From positions 32,001 to 96,000 of the forward strand of contig JBHLOY010000001.1 of assembly GCA_048939995.1 (NCBI GenBank): a stretch of DNA of 64,000 nucleotides. Direction: 5' to 3'. Origin of the DNA: Promethearchaeota archaeon (GTDB taxonomy: Archaea > Asgardarchaeota > Lokiarchaeia > Sigyniarchaeales > SOKP01). The notes under the pieces were generated by a model that saw only the letters and a list, made by a program, of their open reading frames with translations, made no database searches and was not told the origin of the DNA. Both the position numbers and the translations under genes were made by a program. Shown piece after piece: positions 48,448-57,372 of this stretch. Position 1 is the stretch's first letter; the number at the start of each line of letters is the position of its first letter.

Positions 48448-49839
48448 TTTTGGTTTTAAAATTAAAAATAGAGATATTATTGAAATGGCGCTTACTATTC
48501 CTAAAAATATAAATATGTAATAATCACGAAAACCATAACTTAGATATGGAGGAGGTTCTCCATTTGGTAGAGGATTCTTAATTAATACTGTATACGTTAC
48601 AGGCTCTGTCCAAACATGGTAATATTCAGCTTGGCATATTATAAATAAATTATCGCCTAAATCTATGTCAAATGCGCTAGTCGTATCATCATAAGGACCA
48701 CCCCAAAAGTACATTTCTGTCATTTGTCCTGAACTATTGAGTGTTAGAACACCAATATCACTACCATTCCTTTCAGCATCATAAATAAAAATAATATCTT
48801 GTTGAGAATCTAACCTTAGATTAACGTAAACAGAGATAATATTTGCAAAGTTCAGATTCATAGTAATATTCCAATGAAGGCTTAAATTAATATCATATTT
48901 TAATAGAAGAGGACTTCTAGTTTGAAAAAAAACATAAATATCATTAAGAAACCATATATAAAGGTCCTGACCAGTAGTAAAATCTATCTCACAAATTTTA
49001 GTTTTTTCAAAAACAAAACCTGAAGTATTAAGCTTCATAATCCATGTGGCCAGATCATGCCATGTATCAAGAGTATCAAAATATACCGCCAGAATGATAT
49101 TATCATTATATAATTCCAACTCAACTACACTTTCATTTATAGTCCATAAGAGTGATCCCGATTTATTATATTTTGATAAAGGGGTGTTAGATCCATAAAG
49201 ATATATATTACCTTCTCCATCAATTTTTGTACTTCCATAATCCATATTAAATTCTTTAATCCATAAAAGATTACCAGAACTATTTAGCTTCAACAAAATT
49301 GTCTTTCTATTTAATTGGCTGTAGCCTTTAATATACAAAGTAAGATTGTTGCCTAATTGAATTCCAGATGTTTCAAAAAAATCGTATAAATCTAATAATT
49401 TTGACCAAATTAATTCTCCTGAAGGACTGATTTTTAACAAAGAGGGATACGAACCATAATCGTAATTAAAGGCATTTCCTATTAAATAAAGATTTTCGTT
49501 AGAGTCAAATTCAACATAATAATAAATAGAGGATATCTCCTGATTAATCAAATCCCAGATTTTTATGCCTGAGGTATTGTATTTAGCTATGTACATGTAA
49601 TACTCGTGAATACTAAATGAATACACTAATCCTATGACATAAATGCTATTATTTATTAATTTTATAGTAGGCTCAGTTAACTGACGTTCTGGGGTTATTA
49701 TTTTTGACCATGAGTCTACATTGGTTAAATCCTGGTTTATAGTTTGATTATAATAGAATGCAAAAACTGGTTGTAGGAGAGGATTTAAATATAACATTAA
49801 GACGACAAGGACAAGACAGGTAGTTTTAAAGTTTCGCAT
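48418..49839 (-). CDS. Membrane-anchored beta-propeller surface protein
   Basis: Signal peptide; repeated D..NIY..G / K(Y/L)N.SG.L.W blades; C-terminal TM and basic tail. Confidence 0.8.
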   Translation of the reverse strand: MRNFKTTCLVLVVLMLYLNPLLQPVFAFYYNQTINQDLTNVDSWSKIITPERQLTEPTIKLINNSIYVIGLVYSFSIHEYYMYIAKYNTSGIKIWDLINQEISSIYYYVEFDSNENLYLIGNAFNYDYGSYPSLLKISPSGELIWSKLLDLYDFFETSGIQLGNNLTLYIKGYSQLNRKTILLKLNSSGNLLWIKEFNMDYGSTKIDGEGNIYLYGSNTPLSKYNKSGSLLWTINESVVELELYNDNIILAVYFDTLDTWHDLATWIMKLNTSGFVFEKTKICEIDFTTGQDLYIWFLNDIYVFFQTRSPLLLKYDINLSLHWNITMNLNFANIISVYVNLRLDSQQDIIFIYDAERNGSDIGVLTLNSSGQMTEMYFWGGPYDDTTSAFDIDLGDNLFIICQAEYYHVWTEPVTYTVLIKNPLPNGEPPPYLSYGFRDYYIFIFLGIVSAISIISLFLILKPKLKKNLKQRI

Positions 49840-49917
49840 TAATTTTGAATTAATTCATTCTAGTAGTAGAATTATTAGTATATGGATCTTTAAATTTCTT
49901 TTTCTTTTTTGATTTTC

Positions 49918-50118
49918 TTACTGGAGCCGAGAAAACTTTAATAAATCATCCATTAGATCTACATGGCTAACAATCATTCTGCGACAACAAAACCTCTTAA
50001 TTCCAAGTTGATTAAAAGCATCGTCTGAATTTTCTCCCTTCTCAATAAGTTCAAGATAGGGTTTATATACATGAGCAATAAGTTTCCCGCAAGAAAAACA
50101 TCGAATTGGTATTATTAT
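49918..50118 (-). CDS. rpoN: RNA polymerase subunit N (Rpo10); probable ATA start at 50118
   Basis: IIPIRCFSCGK...RFCCRRM..HVD; GGTGA 7 nt upstream of ATA. Confidence 0.93.
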   Translation of the reverse strand: MIIPIRCFSCGKLIAHVYKPYLELIEKGENSDDAFNQLGIKRFCCRRMIVSHVDLMDDLLKFSRLQ

Positions 50119-50302
50119 AATAAATTCACCTTTAAGAATATGCAAATGAAATAATGTTTAGGATAAAAAAAATTTTTCGAAAATATTCAAAAATTTTTTG
50201 AAAATATCCAAAAATTTTTTTTACACCGTCTATTTTGTATCCTATCACAAATCGATGAATTATGATAATATATTAAAAATCATATATTTGAAGGAGAAAA
50301 AT

Positions 50303-50674
50303 ATGAGTTATGTAAAATTTAAAGTTCCTGATGACATAAAGAATGAATTAAAAAACGCATTGGGCGCTATAGCAGAAGCAAGAGACTCTAAAATAAGGAA
50401 AGGAATGAATGAGGTCACTAAATCTATTGAAAGAAGTAATGCTAGGATTGTTGTAATGGCTGAAGATGTAACTCCTCCTGAAATTCTTTTTCATGTACCA
50501 TTATTATGTGAAGAGAAATCAATCCCTTATGGGTATCTTTCTACAAAAAAAGAATTAGGGAATACCGTTAGGATTAATGTAGGAGCCTCTGCGATTGCAA
50601 TTGAGAATTTAGGAACTGGAAATGATAATATCTTAGATAATATAATTAAAAAGTTAGAAAGCTTGAAGAAGTAA
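50303..50674 (+). CDS. rpl7ae: Ribosomal protein L7Ae (eL8)
   Basis: RKGMNEVTKSIER, AEDVTPPEI..HVPLLCEEK; GGAG SD before ATG 50303. Confidence 0.96.
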   Translation: MSYVKFKVPDDIKNELKNALGAIAEARDSKIRKGMNEVTKSIERSNARIVVMAEDVTPPEILFHVPLLCEEKSIPYGYLSTKKELGNTVRINVGASAIAIENLGTGNDNILDNIIKKLESLKK

Positions 50675-50687
50675 ATTGGTGAGATAG

Positions 50688-50933
50688 TTGGTTAAGTTAG
50701 ATAAGTCAAAAGGAGCTCAGGTTGATGATGATTCTATTCCAGCAGAAGTAATACAAATTGTTGGAAGAACTGGTTTAACAGGTGAAATTAGCCAGATTAA
50801 GGTAAGAATTTTAGACGGTCCAGATAAAAATCGAATTTTGACAAGAAATGTTAAAGGTCCTGTAAGAGAAAATGATATTGTAATATTAAGAGAAGTTGAA
50901 AGAGAAGCTAGAAAAATCAGAAAAAGAAGGTAA
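50688..50933 (+). CDS. rps28e: Ribosomal protein eS28
   Basis: [25 protein letters not shown]. Confidence 0.96.
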   Translation: MVKLDKSKGAQVDDDSIPAEVIQIVGRTGLTGEISQIKVRILDGPDKNRILTRNVKGPVRENDIVILREVEREARKIRKRR

Positions 50934-50948
50934 AATTAAAGAACCAAT

Positions 50949-51149
50949 TCATTCATCAAAATATCCTAATAATTTCAAATTTTTATATTCATTATGTAAG
51001 AATTCTCGTAACGCTGTTCTTATTGCTTCAGAGCGGCTTGGTATAATTTTCATCTCGATTAATTTTTGTATATTTTTATCATAGCATTCTGGAATATTAA
51101 TTGTTATATTCTGCATTGAAGGTTTTTTCTTTTTTTTTTTATCTGACAA
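50949..51149 (-). CDS. Ribbon-helix-helix (CopG-like) regulator
   Basis: ITINIPE...SRSEAIRTALREFL. Confidence 0.85.
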   Translation of the reverse strand: MSDKKKKKKPSMQNITINIPECYDKNIQKLIEMKIIPSRSEAIRTALREFLHNEYKNLKLLGYFDE

Positions 51150-51412
51150 AGCTGCTTACTCTCGTCTTGTTATTTTTTTGCGATAATGACAGATAGATAT
51201 TTTAGAGTAAAAGGGATAACAAAAATAATTGGTGCCCTTAACATGTTCCATCTTTTTAATAATAAATTATAAGTAAAACTTGTTTATAAAATTATCTCTC
51301 CCTATATAAAGTATTTAAAGCATTCTAAATCAGATGTAAATTATTTCGATAAATTTAATTAGAATTTGAACGATTATTAATGGATATATATACCTTGGAT
51401 GAAAATGTTTTA

Positions 51413-52090
51413 TCATAATAATCGATGTTCTTTTTTTACATATCGCCCTCTAGTTTCTATAATGGAGATATTCTTTATTATCTCATTACAATTTCCTAAT
51501 CCTCTTTTTCTATACTCTGAACGATAACCATCTATAAAGGCTCTAAAACATAACTTAAAGTTATCTCCGTGCGAGGAAATTAGGACTCTTTTTAAAAGAT
51601 GTAAATCAACGCTTTTATCTTCTATAGAATCTGAGTACTCATGAAGGCCAAAATCAATAAGAAAAATCTCCCCAGATTGTGTTACAATTACATTACTTGT
51701 TGTTATATCACCATGAATATGGCCATTAATATGTAAGATAGCAATGATATGTCCAAGTTTAGAGAATATATCTTTTTGTTCTTTGAGATTTAGAGATGTG
51801 ATTAAATTTTTCAGTTTAATGCCCCTGATATACTTCATGATGATTGTTGAGTTTTTTACATCAATTTCATACACTTGTGGAGTGTTCACTCCGTATTCTT
51901 TTACTTTGATAAGAGCACGTGATTCATTTAAGATTCTCGTTGTACGAATTCTGCTATCAAGTAATTCTATTCGGTACTTTTTAGGAATACGTTGCTTAAA
52001 TATTACTTCTTTATCAAACCAATGACCATAAAATAAACTCGCCTCTGCCCCTTTATGAATCAACTTCTCTTTACTAATATTAAAAGCCAT
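51413..52090 (-). CDS. bud32: KEOPS kinase/ATPase Bud32
   Basis: KGAEA, K.R.PK.YR, HGDITTSN, IDFGL, EDKSVDL, RGRY. Confidence 0.95.
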   Translation of the reverse strand: MAFNISKEKLIHKGAEASLFYGHWFDKEVIFKQRIPKKYRIELLDSRIRTTRILNESRALIKVKEYGVNTPQVYEIDVKNSTIIMKYIRGIKLKNLITSLNLKEQKDIFSKLGHIIAILHINGHIHGDITTSNVIVTQSGEIFLIDFGLHEYSDSIEDKSVDLHLLKRVLISSHGDNFKLCFRAFIDGYRSEYRKRGLGNCNEIIKNISIIETRGRYVKKEHRLL

Positions 52091-52104
52091 TTTTATCAGA
52101 CCTC

Positions 52105-53121
52105 TTAGTCTCTCCTCCAAGGAATGGTAATATTATCCATCCGTTCTTTAGGATTAATTATTGTTTCTGAAATTTTTTGCTCTCCACTATTTTTATATTT
52201 TAAAATACCTGTCCATGCGATCATTGCTCCATTATCCCCAGCAAACTTCAATGGAACTACCTCAAATCTGGCATTATGATCATCACTAATAATTTTTATC
52301 ATTTCTTGTAACCTTTTATTTGCTGCTACACCTCCAGTGAGTAAGACTTCTTCCTTTTCTGTGTGAGCAAGAGCTCTCTCTGTGACTTCTGTAAGCATTG
52401 AGAAGGCGGTTTCTTGTAAGGAAAAAGAAATATCTTTTAAGAAATAGTCCTTATTATAATCTTTCGAATCTAAAAGCCGTTTAGCGGCGGTAAATAAACC
52501 GGAAAAGGATAAATCCATTCCTTTAACAATATAAGGCAGAGGAAGGTATTTTTCTGAAGTTCTTGCAAGTTCCTCTATTTTAGGGCCACCTGGATGAGCT
52601 ATACCTGCTTCCCTTGCAAATGAATCAAGTAAGTTACCTATAGGAATATCTAACGTCTCTCCGAAAACTTGATATTTCCCAGATTCATAAGCACTAACTA
52701 TTGTATTTCCACCTGACACATAAAGAGTAAGTGGGTCCTTAATATCACACATTAGTCTTCCGATCTCTATATGTGCAATACAGTGGTTAACTCCAACAAT
52801 GGGTATACCTAGACTCTGACTTAGTAAACGTGCTACAAGGGCTCCTATTTTTAATATAGGCCCAAGACCTGGACTTTGACTAAAAGTGATTAGATCAATA
52901 TCTTTTATCGAACATCTAGCTTGAATTAGAGCCTCATTCAAAACACTCATAAAATTATTTAAATGTTGCTCCCGAACTAATGCAGGATGCAATCCACCTC
53001 TTTTAGGTATAAACGTGTCATTAACTGAACTTAAAACTTGTCCGTCATAATCAACGATTCCAACACCCCATGTGTGAGCAGTAGATTCAATACCTAGGCA
53101 AAGCTTTTTACTTAATTTCAT
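52105..53121 (-). CDS. kae1: tRNA N6-threonylcarbamoyltransferase Kae1
   Basis: GIESTAHT, VNHCIAHIEIG, VSGGNT, GDNGAMIA. Confidence 0.97.
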   Translation of the reverse strand: MKLSKKLCLGIESTAHTWGVGIVDYDGQVLSSVNDTFIPKRGGLHPALVREQHLNNFMSVLNEALIQARCSIKDIDLITFSQSPGLGPILKIGALVARLLSQSLGIPIVGVNHCIAHIEIGRLMCDIKDPLTLYVSGGNTIVSAYESGKYQVFGETLDIPIGNLLDSFAREAGIAHPGGPKIEELARTSEKYLPLPYIVKGMDLSFSGLFTAAKRLLDSKDYNKDYFLKDISFSLQETAFSMLTEVTERALAHTEKEEVLLTGGVAANKRLQEMIKIISDDHNARFEVVPLKFAGDNGAMIAWTGILKYKNSGEQKISETIINPKERMDNITIPWRRD

Positions 53122-53190
53122 TATAGTCGCCAAATACATTTATTAGCGAAATTTAGAAAAAATAGATAAAGAGCAAAAGAAAATTATACC

Positions 53191-53412
53191 TTACTCCTTT
53201 GATTTCATACGTTTTCTGGGAGTCCGTCTAGAAGCAACCTTAGCAGCTCCTTTAGTTCCTTTTCTTTTGAATACAGTGTAACCACACTTCCCACAAGAAG
53301 ACCGATCATAATGGTCAGCAAGAAAATAGGCAGGTCCGCATTTAGGACATGTTCTATGAGTTCTAATTAGTTTGTTTCCTTCAATTTTATATAAGTTTGA
53401 TGCATTAGCCAT
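53191..53412 (-). CDS. rps27ae: Ribosomal protein eS31 (S27ae) with basic C-terminal extension
   Basis: CPKCG..FLADH.DR..CGKCGYT. Confidence 0.95.
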   Translation of the reverse strand: MANASNLYKIEGNKLIRTHRTCPKCGPAYFLADHYDRSSCGKCGYTVFKRKGTKGAAKVASRRTPRKRMKSKE

Positions 53413-53431
53413 AATAATTTCAGTTTATTCA

Positions 53432-53785
53432 TTAATATTCAAATAAATGCTTAAAAGGTTCATTTCTCTTTTTTAATTTATATATTTCTGTCCGTTTTTC
53501 TTTTTCTAAATTCCTTGTTTGAATGAAAAATGGCTCAAAATATTGTAATTCATTAGCATTCTCATATATATGTGCTATACCTATATCATAAGCTGAACCA
53601 AAATGGGTTTTAACATTTCTAATAATTGTTAATTTTTCCTTTGATTTTTTCATACTAGCAATCTTTTTCTTTAATTCTAGCCTGCTTGGAGTTCCTGATC
53701 CGAAATGATCGATTTGAAATTTCACTTCGGTTCTATCAATTAAAGGGTTTTTTTTTTCTTCGATAATTTTAATATCAAATGACAT
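53432..53785 (-). CDS. rps24e: Ribosomal protein eS24
   Basis: NPLIDR.E, TPSR, THFG, IY, EP..I..RN. Confidence 0.93.
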   Translation of the reverse strand: MSFDIKIIEEKKNPLIDRTEVKFQIDHFGSGTPSRLELKKKIASMKKSKEKLTIIRNVKTHFGSAYDIGIAHIYENANELQYFEPFFIQTRNLEKEKRTEIYKLKKRNEPFKHLFEY

Positions 53786-53906
53786 TATGAACCTTTTTTG
53801 ATCAGTTAATTTAAATAATGTTATTAAACATTAAAGAACAATAAGAAATAAAATTTTGTTTTTTAGATATTTTTAATGAAATTTAGAACAAGAATCAATA
53901 TAAGAA

Positions 53907-54494
53907 ATGACTGAAAGAATACATTTACCCGAAAAGGAGAGACACAAATTTACCACACCGTTAGGGAAATTAATTTCTGGTAATAGGTCAGAAACTATTC
54001 CTAAAGTTGAGAAAATTGTTAGAAATTTTTTAGATTCTGGCTTTAAGGTCAATATATACCTTGTAGGAGATATTGTATCTAATGATTTTATTGAAAATAA
54101 CTTTTTGAAGAATTACGTTCGCGTATGTGTTGTTGATGAAAAAACTCAGAGAAATCAAATTATTATTAAATCTCAAGAGCAATTTGAGGAGATAATTGAA
54201 TTGAAGAATCCAAAAGCTACGATCAATAAAGTAAGTTTCAGTCTATTCAAGAAGATTATACTTTCAAAAAGAAAAACTTTAGTAAAAATTATTGAAGGAG
54301 AAGAGGATCTTTTAGTACTCCCACTCATTTTTGAATTAGAATATGACAAAAACTTAAAAAATTTAATATTTTATGGACAACCTCCTATCACAGATGCAAA
54401 GCAACCGATTCCAGAAGGAATAGTGATGGTGGAATTAAATAGGAGAACTAAAAAAGCCGTTAAAAAGTTTTTGTCAATATTGCAAAAAAGCTAA
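53907..54494 (+). CDS. GTP-dependent dephospho-CoA kinase (DUF359)
   Basis: PLG, VGDIVS, VDEKTQR, NP, GEEDLLVLP, YGQP, EG.V. Confidence 0.9.
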   Translation: MTERIHLPEKERHKFTTPLGKLISGNRSETIPKVEKIVRNFLDSGFKVNIYLVGDIVSNDFIENNFLKNYVRVCVVDEKTQRNQIIIKSQEQFEEIIELKNPKATINKVSFSLFKKIILSKRKTLVKIIEGEEDLLVLPLIFELEYDKNLKNLIFYGQPPITDAKQPIPEGIVMVELNRRTKKAVKKFLSILQKS

Positions 54495-54512
54495 TTTTTT
54501 AGTTTAACCATA

Positions 54513-54704
54513 TTAGCGTACTCTTAATGCATATTTACCAGGAAAATGAATTTTCAAATATTCTGCAAATTTTGACTCTTGAGGTTGTATAATTATAACT
54601 TCTCCGGTAAAATCATCACTTAAACTGTGTGTTTTACATTTAGGGCAAATTTGTTCATTTTTTGTTATTAAGTGACAATTCTTACATGCTCGTTCTTTTG
54701 AAAT
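54513..54704 (-). CDS. spt4: Transcription elongation factor Spt4 (RpoE''); ATT/ATC start, not in ORF track
   Basis: SKERACKNCHLI..QICPKC..LSDDFTGEVIII.P..S..A...PGKYALRVR. Confidence 0.93.
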   Translation of the reverse strand: MSKERACKNCHLITKNEQICPKCKTHSLSDDFTGEVIIIQPQESKFAEYLKIHFPGKYALRVR

Positions 54705-54718
54705 GATGATACACTTCC

Positions 54719-55306
54719 TTATTTTTCATTATCATCTACCTTCTTTTCCTCTTTTTTCATAAACTCATCATCAATATCTTGTTCTATCCATTCTTCCTTC
54801 CCTAAGAATTTTTGCCTCATAGTCAATCCTAATTTACCACTTCTACCTGTGCCAAGTGAGACAGCAATAATTTTAGACCTTACTACATCATTAACTTCAA
54901 GAATTTTTCCCGTTTCCTTACCTATAAATCGATTTCCCACTTGTTCATATGAAATATAATCATCACAGATTTGAGACACATGTACTAATCCATCTAATGG
55001 GCCTAATCTTATGAAGGCTCCGAAATCAACAACTTCTACAACCTCTCCTTCTACAACTTCAGAGATAACAGGTTTAAAAGCGAGAATTGTAAACTCTACC
55101 TCATGAAATGTGTTAGCGTTTCCAGGGATTATTATTCCAGGCCCAACATCAACAACATCAACAATTGCGATTATGAATCCATAATCTTTGGTGATTATTC
55201 CTTCATAATCCTCAGATAGAATTATACGAGCCGATACTTCCTTAGGTTGGTCAAATAAAAATGGAGGAATCTCAATTTTACCTTGAATTTGAAAGAGTTT
55301 AAAAAT
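54719..55306 (-). CDS. rpoE1: RNA polymerase subunit E' (Rpo7); full gene starts at ATT 55306
   Basis: FKLFQIQGKIEIPP...EVVEGEVVEVVDFGAFIRLGPLDGLVHVSQI...LTMRQKFLGK; the ORF track caught only the last 86 aa. Confidence 0.95.
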   Translation of the reverse strand: MFKLFQIQGKIEIPPFLFDQPKEVSARIILSEDYEGIITKDYGFIIAIVDVVDVGPGIIIPGNANTFHEVEFTILAFKPVISEVVEGEVVEVVDFGAFIRLGPLDGLVHVSQICDDYISYEQVGNRFIGKETGKILEVNDVVRSKIIAVSLGTGRSGKLGLTMRQKFLGKEEWIEQDIDDEFMKKEEKKVDDNEK

Positions 55307-55706
55307 TGTGGGACACCAGATAAAAAGATTAAATATAATTATCCTATAAAATATACCATAAAATTAATAATTTTTGGTTTTCCTCCAAAAAGAGAGAAAT
55401 AAATGCGAATATTTAAACATCACCAAAATACGGGTATAAAATTATTATTTTAAGAAATTATGAGTATTTTAAGAAATGAGCGCAATTGGATTGGCAAAAA
55501 GCAAAATCCAAATTTCATATGTTTTAAAAGAAAACAAACTAATAATTAAGCTTAGAATTCCGTATGAAATAATCAATATCCATAAAGCTAGGAATGATGT
55601 AGCTACTAAAGTTACTTTCATAAAAATTTCCTTTATAGCAATAAAAAATTGAGTGTTTTTGGTAATTAAATTTTGATGATTAATAAATTAGAAAAAAAAA
55701 GTATTA

Positions 55707-56456
55707 TTATTCTTTTATCCTCCTTATAAGCCATTTAGGCATCACAAGTGATAAATAAGTCAAAATATAAAAAGCTACAGCAAAAATCCAAGCAATATAT
55801 ACGAATATAGAATATCCAGGATGATCCAATAAAACAATCATTAAGGTATCTCCTATAAACATTAGAAAAAATAGAATCATGCAAATCATTGCATAAAATA
55901 ATAATTTTAAACCAGTTAAAGCTATTTTATCCTTGGTCTCTTTTATAGCTCTTCTACAAGTCAAAGCAATAGAGATATAGACTAAGTATGAATATAGAAC
56001 CAAGCTTAATGTAGAATATAATCGGATATTTAATTGACCTGCGTAATCTCCCGGTGGAACACCCCACCAATTCCAAGGTAAAAATAGTAATATAATTATT
56101 GATATTCCTATTAAAATCAATGGGATGAATAACCTCTTCCCTTTATTTGTAATTTGACTGACAAACTTATATAGGAAAATATCTGCTAAAATGACCATGG
56201 AATAAGCGAATGGTAAAGAAAAACGATATATTTCTTTAAAATAGTTTGTAATAATTGCTTCAGCTAAACCTATTGCTAACATTATTAACGCTAAGGTAAA
56301 AAATGTAAAAGAGATCGAAAGATAAAGTGGAGGATCAACTTTTCTCTCACGCCATTTAAAGTACATCTTTAAAGTTAATATAATCCCAAAAACAGAAAGA
56401 ATAATGTAATAAGGAAATATAGGTAAAATTCGAATCTCAAATGGAGTGTATGTCAT
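55707..56456 (-). CDS. Stand-alone 7-TM membrane protein
   Basis: Seven hydrophobic segments; ends YLSLVMPKWLIRRI. Confidence 0.7.
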   Translation of the reverse strand: MTYTPFEIRILPIFPYYIILSVFGIILTLKMYFKWRERKVDPPLYLSISFTFFTLALIMLAIGLAEAIITNYFKEIYRFSLPFAYSMVILADIFLYKFVSQITNKGKRLFIPLILIGISIIILLFLPWNWWGVPPGDYAGQLNIRLYSTLSLVLYSYLVYISIALTCRRAIKETKDKIALTGLKLLFYAMICMILFFLMFIGDTLMIVLLDHPGYSIFVYIAWIFAVAFYILTYLSLVMPKWLIRRIKE

Positions 56457-56561
56457 AAAGCATTAATAAAATTAGTTATTTTTAAATCTTCTTAGAAGAA
56501 AATGTTTTTTTGTTTTGGATGAAAATTTGAACCTAAACTAAGTTAAGAATTTTGCTTTTAT

Positions 56562-56954
56562 CTAAATTAATTGAGCTATTTTTTCACACGTTCTTCTACA
56601 ATCTAATAAGATTAACCCAAGTCGTACATCCTTATCTGCAGATACAGTTAAGACGGCATTCGGGCCAGCTTGTAGGATTAAGAGATAACCGTCACTTCCT
56701 TTAATGTATAATTGGTCAAAATCTCCTTTATTCATTTCGATAATAGCTCTTTCAGATAAGGAGAGCAAAGCAGCAGTCATCGCGGCTATTCGTGTTTCGT
56801 CTACATCTCGGGGTAGAGCTGATGCAATGGGGAGCCCTTCAGCAGAAACGATTGCTGCCGCTTTTACTTCGGGAATAGCTGCTAAAAGTCTTTTTAAAAG
56901 ATCGTCAAGATTTTCAGGCGTACTTGGATCCATTTCGCTCAATTTCTCCTTCAC
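56562..56954 (-). CDS. Roadblock/LC7 (MglB-like) protein
   Basis: AAIVSAEGLPIAS, RIAAMTAALLSLSER, LYIKGSDGY, LGLILLD. Confidence 0.92.
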   Translation of the reverse strand: MKEKLSEMDPSTPENLDDLLKRLLAAIPEVKAAAIVSAEGLPIASALPRDVDETRIAAMTAALLSLSERAIIEMNKGDFDQLYIKGSDGYLLILQAGPNAVLTVSADKDVRLGLILLDCRRTCEKIAQLI

Positions 56955-57212
56955 TTTTAGTTATCTTAAAGAAACTTGATAATTTATTAGATAATAATTA
57001 TCTTAAACCATATTTATATTTAAAGTAGATTGTGTTATTTATTTTTTTTTATTCGTTTTATATATAAAAATGTTCTTTATTATTAGTTTATTAAGTTGTA
57101 TAATATCTGGATAAATTTACTTAAAATTTCTTCCTAATTATTTAATATAGAGAATCAACAGATTTTTTCAAATATAAATAATCTAGTATTAGTACAAATC
57201 TGAATAAGTAAT

Positions 57213-57368
57213 ATGAGAAATAATTCAATATCACTAATTAATTATATGAAAGAATATCTACTAGAGGATGAAAAAATCTTATGGAAACAGGTTAAGATTC
57301 TAAATCTTAATATGTTTAGACTTTTCACCCTTCTTTCGGTTTTAATAATAATTATACCACCCATTTAA
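57213..57368 (+). pseudogene. Short ORF or remnant resembling the N-terminus of a membrane protein
   Basis: YLLEDEKILWK plus one TM, stopping 5 nt before the convergent gene. Confidence 0.3.
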
Positions 57369-57372
57369 TTTA

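Noticed and set aside
51156-51251. 31-aa ORF upstream of the RHH gene (MEHVKGTNY...)
   Set aside because: Too short, with no motif; it could be a leader or chance.
55400-55680. Hydrophobic ~50-aa minus-strand ORF, possible membrane-gene remnant
   Set aside because: No recognisable family; AT-rich DNA readily gives hydrophobic translations.
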